From an uncultured Rhodospirillaceae bacterium (GTDB lineage: Bacteria > Pseudomonadota > Alphaproteobacteria > UBA9219): a stretch of DNA of 64,000 bases. Location of the stretch: NCBI GenBank assembly GCA_964517415.1, contig CAZFCA010000004.1:18754-82753 (forward strand), written 5' to 3'. Under the pieces are notes generated by a model. It was not told the origin of the DNA and ran no database searches. It saw nothing but the letters and a program-made list of their open reading frames with translations. Position numbers and translations under genes: made by a program. Numbering within the stretch: the stretch's first letter is position 1; the number at the start of each line of letters is the position of its first letter. Below are positions 1 through 10,135 of this stretch, piece after piece.

Positions 1-1
1 A

Positions 2-424
2 GTTCTTTTGGGGCGGGACGGCTTGAATATCCTAGACGACTTCAATTTCAAAATTTGCGCCGATAAAAAAACCGCAACGTCCGACACGCATAATCTTTTT
101 GCGCTGCAACCGACCTCATATTCCACGATTTTTCTGCTTCCTGCAGGCGCCAAGCCCAAGCCGGATCCGACGATTTATTTGCTTACGAAAGATTTTTTTG
201 AAGAGAAAATGGAGAGATTCGATCTCGACTTCCTCGTCTTTGAAGATTCTTCTTCAGGCGTTAGGGCCGCTAAAGGCGCGGGGATGTTCTGTTTTGCCGT
301 GCCGAACCGCTACACGATGAATCAAGATCTCTCACGAGCCGACGCGGTTATCGAAAGCCAAGAGTTCGATACGCCTGCGCATTGGGTTAAAAAATCTACT
401 CGCCGCGCACCAGCATGCGGCTGA
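2..424 (+). CDS. HAD-superfamily (IA-type) hydrolase, C-terminal part; partial at the window edge
   Basis: The reading frame is open to the window start. C-terminal HAD motifs are present (KPKPDPTIYL, LVFEDSSSGVRAAKGAGM). An odd segment of about 25 aa precedes motif III. The 3' end overlaps the convergent transporter gene by 29 nt. Confidence 0.5.
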   Translation, partial: VLLGRDGLNILDDFNFKICADKKTATSDTHNLFALQPTSYSTIFLLPAGAKPKPDPTIYLLTKDFFEEKMERFDLDFLVFEDSSSGVRAAKGAGMFCFAVPNRYTMNQDLSRADAVIESQEFDTPAHWVKKSTRRAPACG

Positions 425-1316
425 CGCGGCGTTCCTGGCGGATCAGCCAAAGGCCTGAGGCTATGATAATGGCCGAGCCGATAATCAGATAAAGACTCGG
501 AATATCGCCCCAGATGAAATAGCCGAGCAGTGCGCCCGTGATAATCTGGGAATACTGAAAGGGGGTGACGGCCGCCGCAGGCGCGTTTTTATAGGCCTTG
601 GCCAAAATCGCCCATCCCGCGCCGCCCAGCGCGCCCGACAGGCACAGGATAAAGAATATCCACGGCTCCATGGGGCGCAGCCCCGTGCCCATGCACATAA
701 AAAGACCGGCAAAGGCTACGATGCCGCGGGGATAGAAGGCCGTGGCCTCGCATTTTTCCTCTTTGCTCACGATAGCGCGCAGCATAAACATCTGGGTTGC
801 TATGCCCAGCGTGTGGCAAAACAAAAACAGATAAGAAAGCCGTTCTCCGTTGGCTTGAAAAAGGGTGGACGGATGAACGGCGACCACTACGCCTGCGAAA
901 CCGATGCCAATCGCCAGCGCCCGCTTCCAACCCAGTTTTTCTTTCAAAAATAGGGCGGCCATGCCCGCGACCACCAGCGGCGTCAGGAAAGGGACAACGT
1001 ACATATTGGCGAACGGAAGGTGCGGCACCGCAAGCATCCAGAAGATGAAAGCCACGATCTGGCAAAGCCCCAAAACGATCAGGCCGGGTGGGTAATGCGG
1101 CCTCAGGTTGGCGGCCTTGCCGCGCAGAAGCGAGACCATAAAAATAACGGCCATGCTCCATGTGCCGCAAATAAAAAGAATTTGACCCAGCGAAACGCCA
1201 TGAACGCGCGCCGTTTTCAACAAGGCGTCGCTAACGACCCAGATGGTGAACGCGAACAGCGCCAATACGGCCGCCAGAGGATAGTTTCTTTGCGAGAGAG
1301 GCGGCGGGGAATGCAA
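396..1316 (-). CDS. EamA/DMT-family membrane transporter
   Basis: 306-aa ORF that is almost entirely hydrophobic helices arranged as two similar halves. The family call rests on architecture only. Confidence 0.65.
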   Translation of the reverse strand: MHSPPPLSQRNYPLAAVLALFAFTIWVVSDALLKTARVHGVSLGQILFICGTWSMAVIFMVSLLRGKAANLRPHYPPGLIVLGLCQIVAFIFWMLAVPHLPFANMYVVPFLTPLVVAGMAALFLKEKLGWKRALAIGIGFAGVVVAVHPSTLFQANGERLSYLFLFCHTLGIATQMFMLRAIVSKEEKCEATAFYPRGIVAFAGLFMCMGTGLRPMEPWIFFILCLSGALGGAGWAILAKAYKNAPAAAVTPFQYSQIITGALLGYFIWGDIPSLYLIIGSAIIIASGLWLIRQERRVSRMLVRGE

Positions 1317-1328
1317 GCATCTCTCCGT

Positions 1329-4073
1329 TTAAACAGCCGACCCGTGGCAATGTTTATACTTTTTTCCCGAACCGCAGGGGCAGGGGGCGTTTCTGGGGGT
1401 ATCGCTCCATGTTTGGGAATTGGCGGGATCAAAAGGGCTGTGCCGGATCGGCAGTGCCATGATAGCATGAGCGCCGGCTGAGCCTTTCATCATGTCCTCG
1501 GGCAGGGGCTCGCCGAAAGGCATTGCTGCGCCTGCTTCCGCCCCGCTCAGTTCCGTCAGAGCGGCGGCGCGGTTGCGCTCCATAATCTCCTCAAGAGAAG
1601 GCAAGCGCATGCCCGCGTGCATAAGGCTGCGCGTCACTTCCTCCCGCACCGATACCAGCATCAATTGAAACAGGCCGAACGCTTCGCGGCTATATTCGTT
1701 CAAGGGATCGCGCTGCCCATAGCCCCGCAAATGAATGCCCTGCCGCAACTGGTCAAGCGCGAGCAGGTGGTCTTTCCAGGCCTGATCCAGCGTGCCGAGC
1801 AAAGCCGCCTTTTCCGCGTGGCGCATCGCGTCGGGATCGATGATCGAGGTTTTTTCCTTCAGCTTTTCCTCAATCGCGCTGCGGGTGCGCTCTTCAATCT
1901 CGACCTCGGCGATATTGTCTTCGGCAGCCCACTTGTCGATAGGCAGGTCGAGCGCGAATACATCGCTGATGCGCTCCATAAGCCCAACGATATCCCATTG
2001 TTCGACATAGGAATGGGGCGGAATCGCCTTGGTTACGAAATCGTGAATCACTTCCTCGCGCAGGTCCTTAATGACGCCGCTGACGTCCGCCGCGCTCATG
2101 ATATCGCGGCGCTGTTCGTAAATGACTTTGCGCTGGCTGTTCATGATGTTGTCGAATTTCAGCAAATTTTTGCGCATATCGAAATTGCGCGCTTCCACCT
2201 TTTGCTGCGCTTTTGCCAAAGCGGTGGTGATCCATGGATGCGAAATTTTCTCCCCGTCGCGCAGACCGAGTTTCGTCAAAATGGCCTGAGTCTGGTTATG
2301 CGCGCCGAAAATGCGCATCAAATCGTCTTCCAATGAAAGAAAGAATACCGACGCGCCTGGATCACCTTGCCGCCCCGAACGACCGCGCAACTGATTGTCG
2401 ATGCGGCGGGATTCGTGCCGTTCCGTGCCGATCACGAAAAGGCCTCCGGCTTGCCGCGCTTTTTCCCGCGCGGCGTCGATTTCCTTGCGCAAGGCGGCGA
2501 CGGTGGCTTCGTCCGGCTCGCCGTTGGCTGAAAGTTCGGCAAGGCGGGCTTCGAAATTGCCGCCCAGCTGAATGTCCGTGCCGCGCCCTGCCATGTTGGT
2601 TGCGATGGTCACGTTTCCGGGCCTTCCGGCCTGCGCGATGATCTGCGCCTCCTGATCATGGAAGCGGGCGTTCAATACATTATGCGGAACGCCTTTTTTC
2701 TTTAAAAGCGCCGAAAGCGCTTCTGACTTTTCAATTGACACGGTGCCGACCAAAGTGGGCTGCCCGCGCTTCTGGCACTCCTCAATCAATTTCACGATGG
2801 CGTCGGTTTTCTCGGCCATCGTTCCATAAACCTCGTCGTTTTGGTCGTCGCGGACGATGGGCACGTTCGTGGGTATTTCAAGGACTTCAAGATTATAGAT
2901 TTCCGCGAATTCGGCCGCCTCGGTCAACGCCGTGCCCGTCATGCCCGACAGCTTGGGATACAGGCGGAAGTAATTTTGAAACGTGATGCTGGCCAAAGTT
3001 TGGTTCTCGCGCTGGATCGTCGTGCGCTCCTTGGCCTCCAAAGCCTGATGCAGCCCGTCGGAATAGCGGCGGCCTTCCATCATGCGCCCCGTGAATTCAT
3101 CGATGATGACGACCTTGTCGTTCTTGACGATGTAATCGACATCGCGCGTGAACATTTTATGCGCCCGAAGCGCCTGATTGACATGATGCACGATTGTTAC
3201 GTTGGCGGGGTCGTAAAGGCCCGCGCCCGGAGTCAAAAGGCCGGCTTCACCCAAAAGGACTTCGATTTTTTCGTTTCCAGCTTCGGTCAAGGCGATGGTC
3301 TTGCTTTTTTCGTCCTTTTCAAAATCGCTGTCGGACAGTTTGGGGATGATTTCGTCGACGCGCTTGTAAAGCTCCGAAGAATCTTCAGCCGGGCCGGAAA
3401 TAATCAGCGGCGTGCGCGCCTCGTCGATCAAAATGCTGTCCACTTCGTCGACAATGGCGAAATTGAATGCGCGTTGAGCCAGATCGCTATAAGCGAACTT
3501 CATGTTGTCGCGCAAATAATCGAAGCCGAATTCGTTATTAGTGCCATAGGTGATGTCGGCGTTATAGGCGGCGCGGCGTTCATCGTCTTCAAGACCGTGC
3601 ACGATGCAGCCGACCGATAGGCCGAGGAAATTATGGATTCGCCCCATCCACGCGCTATCGCGGGTGGCAAGGTAATCGTTAACGGTCACGATATGCACGC
3701 CCTTGCCCGTCAGGGCGTTCAAATAGCTGGGCAAAACGGCGACAAGGGTTTTGCCTTCGCCGGTTCTCATTTCGGTTATTTTGCCTTGATGCAGGACAAT
3801 GCCGCCGCGCAATTGCACGTCGAAAGGCCTTTGCCCCAAAACGCGCCACGCGGCCTCGCGCACGACGGCAAAGGCTTCGGGCAAAAGGGCGTCCAGCGTT
3901 TCGCCCTTGGCCAAGCGTCCCTTGAATTCGTCCGTCTTGGCGCGTAAAGCCTCGTCGGAAAGAGCCTTCATCGACGGCTCCAGCCCGTTGATTTTTGCGA
4001 GAATGGGGTTCTGAGCGCGCAGGACACGATCATTATGCGAACCAAACAATTTCCGCGCCAAAGAGCTAATCAT
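1329..4073 (-). CDS. secA: Preprotein translocase ATPase SecA
   Basis: 914 aa. Motor motifs [14 protein letters not shown] and [20 protein letters not shown] are present, plus the C-terminal zinc motif [14 protein letters not shown]. Confidence 0.97.
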   Translation of the reverse strand: MISSLARKLFGSHNDRVLRAQNPILAKINGLEPSMKALSDEALRAKTDEFKGRLAKGETLDALLPEAFAVVREAAWRVLGQRPFDVQLRGGIVLHQGKITEMRTGEGKTLVAVLPSYLNALTGKGVHIVTVNDYLATRDSAWMGRIHNFLGLSVGCIVHGLEDDERRAAYNADITYGTNNEFGFDYLRDNMKFAYSDLAQRAFNFAIVDEVDSILIDEARTPLIISGPAEDSSELYKRVDEIIPKLSDSDFEKDEKSKTIALTEAGNEKIEVLLGEAGLLTPGAGLYDPANVTIVHHVNQALRAHKMFTRDVDYIVKNDKVVIIDEFTGRMMEGRRYSDGLHQALEAKERTTIQRENQTLASITFQNYFRLYPKLSGMTGTALTEAAEFAEIYNLEVLEIPTNVPIVRDDQNDEVYGTMAEKTDAIVKLIEECQKRGQPTLVGTVSIEKSEALSALLKKKGVPHNVLNARFHDQEAQIIAQAGRPGNVTIATNMAGRGTDIQLGGNFEARLAELSANGEPDEATVAALRKEIDAAREKARQAGGLFVIGTERHESRRIDNQLRGRSGRQGDPGASVFFLSLEDDLMRIFGAHNQTQAILTKLGLRDGEKISHPWITTALAKAQQKVEARNFDMRKNLLKFDNIMNSQRKVIYEQRRDIMSAADVSGVIKDLREEVIHDFVTKAIPPHSYVEQWDIVGLMERISDVFALDLPIDKWAAEDNIAEVEIEERTRSAIEEKLKEKTSIIDPDAMRHAEKAALLGTLDQAWKDHLLALDQLRQGIHLRGYGQRDPLNEYSREAFGLFQLMLVSVREEVTRSLMHAGMRLPSLEEIMERNRAAALTELSGAEAGAAMPFGEPLPEDMMKGSAGAHAIMALPIRHSPFDPANSQTWSDTPRNAPCPCGSGKKYKHCHGSAV

Positions 4074-4337
4074 TATCTTTTGTTTCTGCCAGAATGCCGA
4101 GCGCGGGAACTGCTGCCCGCGCCTTGTCCTTAATAAATGGATGCTTTATGGGCAAAATGCAAGAGAATGCGAAGAATCTTATAATACTAAAGGATCAGTG
4201 AACGAACGCTTCCTGTCTGCGCTAAAAGGCGCAGTGTTAACAAAAGATTAACTAACAAAAAACAGGAGGATATGATGAGCCAAACGGTATCTCGTGATCC
4301 CGCCTTGGTAAGGCTCTTAAGCTGCCCTTAATAGGAA

Positions 4338-4368
4338 GAACCCGCCTTGCGACTCGCAAGGCGGGTTC
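4338..4368 (-). terminator. GC-rich hairpin downstream of the dotF-like gene
   Basis: Near-perfect palindrome GAACCCGCCTTGCGA / TCGCAAGGCGGGTTC lies 29 nt past the stop at 4397. The T-tract on the minus strand is only weak (TTCTTCC). Confidence 0.45.
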
Positions 4369-4396
4369 TTTAACTGAAAAACAGTTTCAAAAAGGA

Positions 4397-5356
4397 TTAT
4401 TGAAGGGTGCCTTTTGTTCCCTGAATGACCCATTTGTCGCCCTGCATTTTTATGTCCGTGATGCGGCCGATGCCTGGGAGCGAATCGCCGACCTGGACCT
4501 CTTTCAAATCGGTGGAATTGACACTTTTTGACACCCACGCCTGCCCATTGGAAGCGGCGCGCAAAACAAGGCCTGAAGCGGCTTTCTTCTGCGTTGCCCG
4601 CTCAACCTTTGCCTTGGGGGCGCGCTTGGGTTCGGACGCGGCGCGGGATGACTGTGGCGCACGGTCGGTTGCGGACAGCTTTTGTTCGATCTTTTCGACC
4701 TTGTCCAGAAGCTCTTTATAAGAAGGAACAGTCGCTTCCCCGCCAGCGGTGCTACCGCCCGTAAGAGAGTCGACAGATTTTTGAAGAGTATCGATGCGGC
4801 TTGTCAGAGCTTCGATGCGCTGCTCGGGGGTAGGTGGCGTCGGAACGGCCTCTGCCGAAGCAATGGGAACAGGAACGCTTGCCCCTGTGGGCGCGGCTGC
4901 GGCCGGCGCGCCCATGGGAACCGTCGTGACGGCGGCCGGAGAAACCGGCGCGACCGCGTCGGGCGCGAGGGGCGGCGGCGCAAGGATTTCGCTTTCCTTA
5001 GGCGCTTCGACCAAATTGGTTTTCTGGGCGGGCTGCGCTTGCTCTTGCGGGGAAGGAGGCGCGACAGGCAATTCCGCGACCGGCGCCGAGGGAATCGCGA
5101 AACTGTCCGCGCTGAATCCCTGTACCGAGGAGGAATTTCCGCTGAATTGCCACCAGGCGACCGCGCCCAAAAGGAAAACACCGCCTACCGCAGCCGCAAT
5201 CGGCAATACGGGCGAACGTTGAGACTTCGCAGAAGGCGGAGTTCTAGTATCTTCGACGGCAAACTCCTCTTCGGAAGGCAATTCGTGGACAGCGTCGCCG
5301 TCCTGAGTCGTGCCAGCGTCATGATCTTGCGGTTCTGAGCCAAAGGTATCAGTCAT
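4397..5356 (-). CDS. DotF/IcmG-like (IncI TraP-like) bitopic membrane protein
   Basis: The architecture matches DotF: acidic N-terminus, one TM segment (PVLPIAAAVGGVFLLGAVAWW), a Pro/Ala-rich spacer, a coiled coil, then a small C-terminal beta domain (GQAWVSK...VQVGDSLPGIGRITDIKMQGDKWVIQGTKG). That domain resembles the Legionella IcmG C-terminus as I recall it. The gene sits in the icmK-icmE-icmG order. Confidence 0.6.
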   Translation of the reverse strand: MTDTFGSEPQDHDAGTTQDGDAVHELPSEEEFAVEDTRTPPSAKSQRSPVLPIAAAVGGVFLLGAVAWWQFSGNSSSVQGFSADSFAIPSAPVAELPVAPPSPQEQAQPAQKTNLVEAPKESEILAPPPLAPDAVAPVSPAAVTTVPMGAPAAAAPTGASVPVPIASAEAVPTPPTPEQRIEALTSRIDTLQKSVDSLTGGSTAGGEATVPSYKELLDKVEKIEQKLSATDRAPQSSRAASEPKRAPKAKVERATQKKAASGLVLRAASNGQAWVSKSVNSTDLKEVQVGDSLPGIGRITDIKMQGDKWVIQGTKGTLQ

Positions 5357-5443
5357 TTATCCACTCCTGCGATTATTATTCAAGCCAAGGGCTTGCGGAC
5401 GCTCAAGATCAAAGGACTTAGGTCAGGATAGGCAAGACCGAAT

Positions 5444-7027
5444 TTATCGTCCCATGATTTGTTGAGCATAAGGCGAGTACCCCATAGTGCCATAAGACGC
5501 GCCGTAAGGATAGGGACTTATCGCCTGATTATATGGATTATTTATATATGCGCCCGGCGTGATGTTCCCATAATTGGGGGATCCGTAGCCGTTGACCGTC
5601 GTCCCAGGATAAAGCGGAACGTTTCCGCCCGTATAAGCGCCGTAGGAAGAAGTTCCATAAGGGGCGTTATAGGGGTTTGTGGCATTATAAACCGTGTTTG
5701 AACCAGGCGCGGGTAAAAACTGCCTTTGCGCCGTGGTTGGCATCGTGCTGGAAACGGTATCGGGGTCCATGACAGGGGAGAGAAAAAACAGCCCCATAGG
5801 CGTGCCGGCCGCGACGCGGACCAAAGGCTTTGTGATGTCGGCTTGATGCTGGAAGAAGCGTCCCATCGTTTGCGCGCCCGTGCCAATGCCGCTGTATAGG
5901 CCTTCGCGGATGCCTTCGCGGCTGTTGGTGACGATTGTCGTATTGCCGTTCATCACATAAGACACGTCGTTGTGCCCCATGGCGGAACCGAAGCCTTCCA
6001 GAAAGGCGGCGGCCGTGGGCAGGACAAGCCTTGTAAAATAGCGTTCATCCACTTCTGTGGCCATGCCGCCAAGCGTGGTGTTCGGGTCAAGGGCGATGGC
6101 GTCGATGGTGTAGTCTTTGCCCTTCTTGGCGGCGAGATGGAACCGGAGAACAAGGTATTTTTCATACCCTTCCGCCACTTGGAATGAGCCAACCACGCGC
6201 GCGCCGTTCAGCGGGCCGGAAACGATTTGCCCCAGAATAGGACCCGGAACGTCCGAATTGGCCTCCGTCAGCAATTGCGCATAGCTAACCGTGCCGGCGG
6301 CGACCACTTTCTTTGCCTTTGTCTGGTCGCTAGCCGCTTGCTTGGCCTTCAGCGCATTGGCAAGCGCTTGAGCTTGGCGTTCCTGTTCGGCCTTCAGTTC
6401 GTCCGCGCTGATAACTGTCACGCTTTTCATGCCTTGCGGAATCCAGCTTTGCAAAAGCTGGTTCATCTGGCGCTGCATTGCTTGGGCAAGCGAATCATCG
6501 AAAGGCTCGGGCGGGCGTTGCTGTATTTGCATCTGCTGCTGGGCGAGCTGCCGCCTTTGCGCCTCCATTTCCAGCCTCAAATCCCTTAACGGATCATCCT
6601 TGTTGTCGCCCATGCCGGGCAGGCCGACATCCGACTTTTGCCCGATGGGCGTCGGCATCGCGCTGCCGCCCGATTGAAGGGCGTCCCGCGAGCGCGTAGC
6701 CGTGGCTTTTTTCGTTTGCTCGATCATGTAAGGCGAGGCTTCGCCGCCCGGCGGCTCGCTAATATTGGGGGGCTTAATTAAATGGGCGATTTCGTTATTG
6801 GCGGGGCCACCAAAGAAACTGACAAGAGCTACGCCCACTAAAAAAACGCCGATAACCAGCACGAAGAATTTAAAAAGCGGACGATTGTGCCAGGCGTGCG
6901 CGATATTGCCCGAAAGGGTGTCTTTTTTATCGGGAGAATCCGAAACGGTTATCTCCGGCTCGGCAAATCCTTCGCCGTTGTTGATCTCGTTTCCGTTCTC
7001 GTTTTCGTTTTCAAAATCATTTGTCAT
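5444..7027 (-). CDS. DotG/IcmE-like VirB10/TrbI-domain protein with a Tyr/Gly/Asn/Pro-rich C-terminal tail
   Basis: N-terminal TM, Gln-rich coiled coil, then a DotG-type TrbI domain (NSDVPGPILGQIVSGPLNGARVVGSF, AIALDPNT, AAFLEGFGSAMG, VAAGTPMGLFF). The start overlaps the dotH-like stop by 11 nt (ATGACAAATGA). Confidence 0.85.
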   Translation of the reverse strand: MTNDFENENENGNEINNGEGFAEPEITVSDSPDKKDTLSGNIAHAWHNRPLFKFFVLVIGVFLVGVALVSFFGGPANNEIAHLIKPPNISEPPGGEASPYMIEQTKKATATRSRDALQSGGSAMPTPIGQKSDVGLPGMGDNKDDPLRDLRLEMEAQRRQLAQQQMQIQQRPPEPFDDSLAQAMQRQMNQLLQSWIPQGMKSVTVISADELKAEQERQAQALANALKAKQAASDQTKAKKVVAAGTVSYAQLLTEANSDVPGPILGQIVSGPLNGARVVGSFQVAEGYEKYLVLRFHLAAKKGKDYTIDAIALDPNTTLGGMATEVDERYFTRLVLPTAAAFLEGFGSAMGHNDVSYVMNGNTTIVTNSREGIREGLYSGIGTGAQTMGRFFQHQADITKPLVRVAAGTPMGLFFLSPVMDPDTVSSTMPTTAQRQFLPAPGSNTVYNATNPYNAPYGTSSYGAYTGGNVPLYPGTTVNGYGSPNYGNITPGAYINNPYNQAISPYPYGASYGTMGYSPYAQQIMGR

Positions 7028-8198
7028 GTTCTTCGTCCCTGGAAATATTCGCGCGCATCATGGCGCCATTGTCCGACAGCAAAAGAATGGGCGCAGTGCC
7101 TATTTCATATGCTGATGTGCCGTCAGCCGACGTCACGCAGGCGTTCCAGGCAGGGGACAAGAGGCTAAGGGGTGTGCGAAGATATATTTTTTCGCCGACG
7201 GCCCAGGCTTTGGTTCGAGCGTCCAGTCCCCTCACTTTAAGCGGAACGGCTGAATTCGGCGGCGCGTTTTCGAGGATCAGTGTAATTGTTTCGTCGCCCG
7301 CTTCAAGGCGTGGGCGCTTGATGATTTGCGGCTTGGCGTTGGGCCCCAGTTTGCCGATCCGCGCATCGTAACGAAGATCGACCGTGGGGCCTCCCGAAGC
7401 GAGACGGAAAATAACGGGCGTCGGCAATCCCTGCAAAAGAACCGAGAGATCGCCTGTGCCTACGCGGGTCAAAGGCATGATGCGGACGACATGGGTTCCA
7501 GCCTTGGTGGGCGAAACCTCGAAATTGCCGCCGATCCCGACGTCCATAATGGGCCACGGCTCGCCCGTCGCGTCGACAATGGCGATGGTGGAAACGAAAC
7601 CGGCGTTCAGGTTGACTTGAGGCGTTTCGGTGCCCGGGTCGAGCGTGATCGTCGAAACGCGCGTTTGCCCCTTAGGCGTGCCTTCAGAAGGCATTTGCGA
7701 GGCGTCTTGCGTTTGTTCCAGCCGCTGCATGAACATGTGAATCTGTTCGGGCGAAAGCGGCATTAGACCCATAGAAGCCTTGTCGAAAGACTTGGCGTTA
7801 TGCTCCTGTTCGCGCCTGCGCTGATCGGCTTCGGCTTGGGTTTGCGCCTCAAGCGCCGCCTTCTCGGCTTCTATGGCAAGCTGGTTAGCGTCGGCCGAAA
7901 AAGCGGGAGCGGGCGGCGGCGACGGAACATCTTCTAGCGCGATTCCTTGGGGGGTGCTTGACGGCAGCGCTGATTGCGAAGCGCTTTTTTGAGGAAGAGG
8001 GAGCGAATCCGTAATAGAGCCGGGCCTCGCGATGCTGTTGCTTGCGGCGAATGCGGGCAGGGGCGTTTCGGAAAAAGCAAGAAGCGACCCGATGGCCAGA
8101 AGGGATAAGGATCCCGATTTAAGGCGGAGACAGGGGAATGTTTTGCGCAAAGACGGCTCCGAATCAGATAATTGCTTTGATTCTTTTTTTGAGCACAC
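7017..8198 (-). CDS. DotH/IcmK-like (IncI TraN-like) T4BSS core-complex protein
   Basis: Long collinear motif matches to DotH/IcmK as recalled: LSPEQI, AGFVSTIAIVDATGEPWPI, GLPTPVIFRL, VDLRYDARIGKLGPNAK, YLRTPLSLLSPAWNACVTSADGTSAYEIGTAPILLLS. It has an N-terminal signal-like segment. The start is a non-ATG (GTG) codon and is uncertain. Confidence 0.85.
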   Translation of the reverse strand: MCSKKESKQLSDSEPSLRKTFPCLRLKSGSLSLLAIGSLLAFSETPLPAFAASNSIARPGSITDSLPLPQKSASQSALPSSTPQGIALEDVPSPPPAPAFSADANQLAIEAEKAALEAQTQAEADQRRREQEHNAKSFDKASMGLMPLSPEQIHMFMQRLEQTQDASQMPSEGTPKGQTRVSTITLDPGTETPQVNLNAGFVSTIAIVDATGEPWPIMDVGIGGNFEVSPTKAGTHVVRIMPLTRVGTGDLSVLLQGLPTPVIFRLASGGPTVDLRYDARIGKLGPNAKPQIIKRPRLEAGDETITLILENAPPNSAVPLKVRGLDARTKAWAVGEKIYLRTPLSLLSPAWNACVTSADGTSAYEIGTAPILLLSDNGAMMRANISRDEEHDK

Positions 8199-8400
8199 GA
8201 AAGTTAATAGGAAGTTTATATGCCTCGAGGAATTTAGGAATTGGATGAGGTGTTACAAAGATAGTTGCCGAAAAAATTAACCATATAGTCTGGGAAAAGC
8301 TCGTTTGAAGGGAGTCATAAGGCGCGAAACGAAGGTGAAAGCCCTCGGCGTTGAATGGTATTCTTTGGCTCAGGAAAGGAAAAGCTGATCAAATAATGCG

Positions 8401-9852
8401 TTAGCTTTGCAAAAGACGCCTTAGCAACTCCACGTCTTCTTTGAAGGCGGCGTCATAGGAAGAAAGTTCTTCAATCTTGCGCACGGCATGAATAACCGTG
8501 GTATGATCGCGCCCGCCAAATTTTCGCCCGATTTCCGGCAAACTGCGCGGGGTCAGCTGTTTGGCAAGGTACATCGCCACTTGCCTTGGCCTTGCTACAG
8601 AACGAGCGCGGCGTGCTGAATGCATATCGGCGACGCGAACGTTGTAGTGCTCGGCCACTTTTTTCTGGATTTCGTCGATGGTGATCCGGCGTTCCGAAGC
8701 GCGCAGAAGATCGGCCAAGACTTCCTGCGTCATTTCCAGCGAGATCGTGCGACCGACAAGCTGAGCATGAGCGACGATGCGGTTCAAAGCGCCTTCCAAC
8801 TCGCGCACGTTCGAGGTGATTTTATGCGCCAGAAATTCCATCACCTTATCGGGAACGGGGCAGCCCAGCTTGTCGGCCTTGGCGTGGAGAATGCCAAGGC
8901 GAAGCTCGTAATTGACTGGGTGAAGGTCGGCGACCAGACCCCATCCAAGGCGAGAGCGTAGCCGCTCCTCCATGCGGTCGAGATCCTGTGGAGATTTATC
9001 GGCGGAAACAATGACCTGCCGATTGCGGTCGACCAAGGCATTGAAGGTATGGAAAAATTCTTCCTGCGTGGACTCTTTTCCGCCGATGAACTGCACGTCG
9101 TCGATCATCAAAACGTCAACAGACCGGAATTGTTCCTTGAACGAGACTGTGTCCTTGAAGCGCAGGGCGCGAACGAACTGGTACATGAATTTTTCCGCAG
9201 ACATATAAATAACGCGGCGGTTCGGATAGGTGGTGCGAATATGCCAAGCGATGGCGTGCATCAGGTGGGTTTTTCCAAGGCCGACGCCGCCATAAAGAAA
9301 AAGGGGATTAAAAGCAGGATTTTCCGTATCCGCCACGCGCCGCGCCGCCGCATAGGCCAACTCGTTTGGTTTGCCGACCACGAAATTGTCGAAGGTAAAG
9401 CGCGGATCGAGATCCGCCGCCGTCTCGCCAGTCAAATGAGAAGGCGAAAAAGGAACAGCCTGAGCGGGAGCCGTCGCTGCGCTACGACCCGCGGGCGGCG
9501 AAGCGGATGCGGCGCTGTCAATGGCGTTTTTGGCTTGCGCCGCTTTGGCGAGCGGCGACAGGACGGAGAAAGTCACTCCGCCCCGAAGCGAAAATCTTTG
9601 CCACAAAACGCGAATGACCTCGCCATAATGCGCTTCGACCCAGTCGCGCATAAAGCGCGTCGGCAGAATCATATTGGCGTGGGCGATGCCCGCGTTATCG
9701 CGGGAGATTTCACTGACCATAGGCTCCAGCCAGCGGCGAAAGGCCGTTTCGCCGAAGCGCTCGCGCAAAAGAAGACGCAGATCATTCCAGGCTGTGTCGG
9801 GGGTATCCGTCGTCTTTGCTAAACCAATTTCTGCCGCTTGAACGCTCATCAT
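8401..9852 (-). CDS. dnaA: Chromosomal replication initiator DnaA
   Basis: 483 aa. AAA+ motifs (LFLYGGVGLGKTHL, LMIDDVQF) and the C-terminal DNA-binding helix (GGRDHTTVIHA). Confidence 0.97.
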   Translation of the reverse strand: MMSVQAAEIGLAKTTDTPDTAWNDLRLLLRERFGETAFRRWLEPMVSEISRDNAGIAHANMILPTRFMRDWVEAHYGEVIRVLWQRFSLRGGVTFSVLSPLAKAAQAKNAIDSAASASPPAGRSAATAPAQAVPFSPSHLTGETAADLDPRFTFDNFVVGKPNELAYAAARRVADTENPAFNPLFLYGGVGLGKTHLMHAIAWHIRTTYPNRRVIYMSAEKFMYQFVRALRFKDTVSFKEQFRSVDVLMIDDVQFIGGKESTQEEFFHTFNALVDRNRQVIVSADKSPQDLDRMEERLRSRLGWGLVADLHPVNYELRLGILHAKADKLGCPVPDKVMEFLAHKITSNVRELEGALNRIVAHAQLVGRTISLEMTQEVLADLLRASERRITIDEIQKKVAEHYNVRVADMHSARRARSVARPRQVAMYLAKQLTPRSLPEIGRKFGGRDHTTVIHAVRKIEELSSYDAAFKEDVELLRRLLQS

Positions 9853-10126
9853 AACCCCATGGAATAAACAGAACTAACCGCCGGAAAGGGAAAATCCCGA
9901 TACGAAAAGAGATAAAGAATGTTAGGGGGCGCGCGATAGAGAGAAATGACGACGGGAAAATCTAAGCAAATACTGTCGGCAATATCTCATATTTTTATTC
10001 CTATGCTAGCAAGAACGCGTGGAATGGCGGGCGCCAAAAAGATCGGAATAGCTTATATTTTAACCCTATCGTAGAGAAAAGCGCGTCAACGAAAGGCGGG
10101 CAGACCATAGATCAGAAAGGCACTCT

Positions 10127-10135
10127 TTGTCCACA
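10127..10135. promoter_or_regulatory. Single DnaA-box-like 9-mer (TTGTCCACA) upstream of dnaA
   Basis: One mismatch to TTATCCACA, in the AT-rich rpsT-dnaA spacer. Only one such box was seen. Confidence 0.3.

Noticed and set aside
4272-4331. 19-aa mini-ORF (MMSQTVSRDPALVRLLSCP) with a strong AGGAGG SD, immediately followed by the 4338..4368 hairpin
   Set aside because: It is too short to support from sequence alone. The hairpin is better explained as the terminator of the dotF-like gene on the other strand. It would need ribosome profiling or conservation data.
8205-8219. CtrA-like half-match TTAATAGGAAGTTTA upstream of the dotH-like gene
   Set aside because: It has one mismatch in the second half-site (TTTA), in an AT-rich stretch. 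That is not distinguishable from chance without a genome-wide scan.
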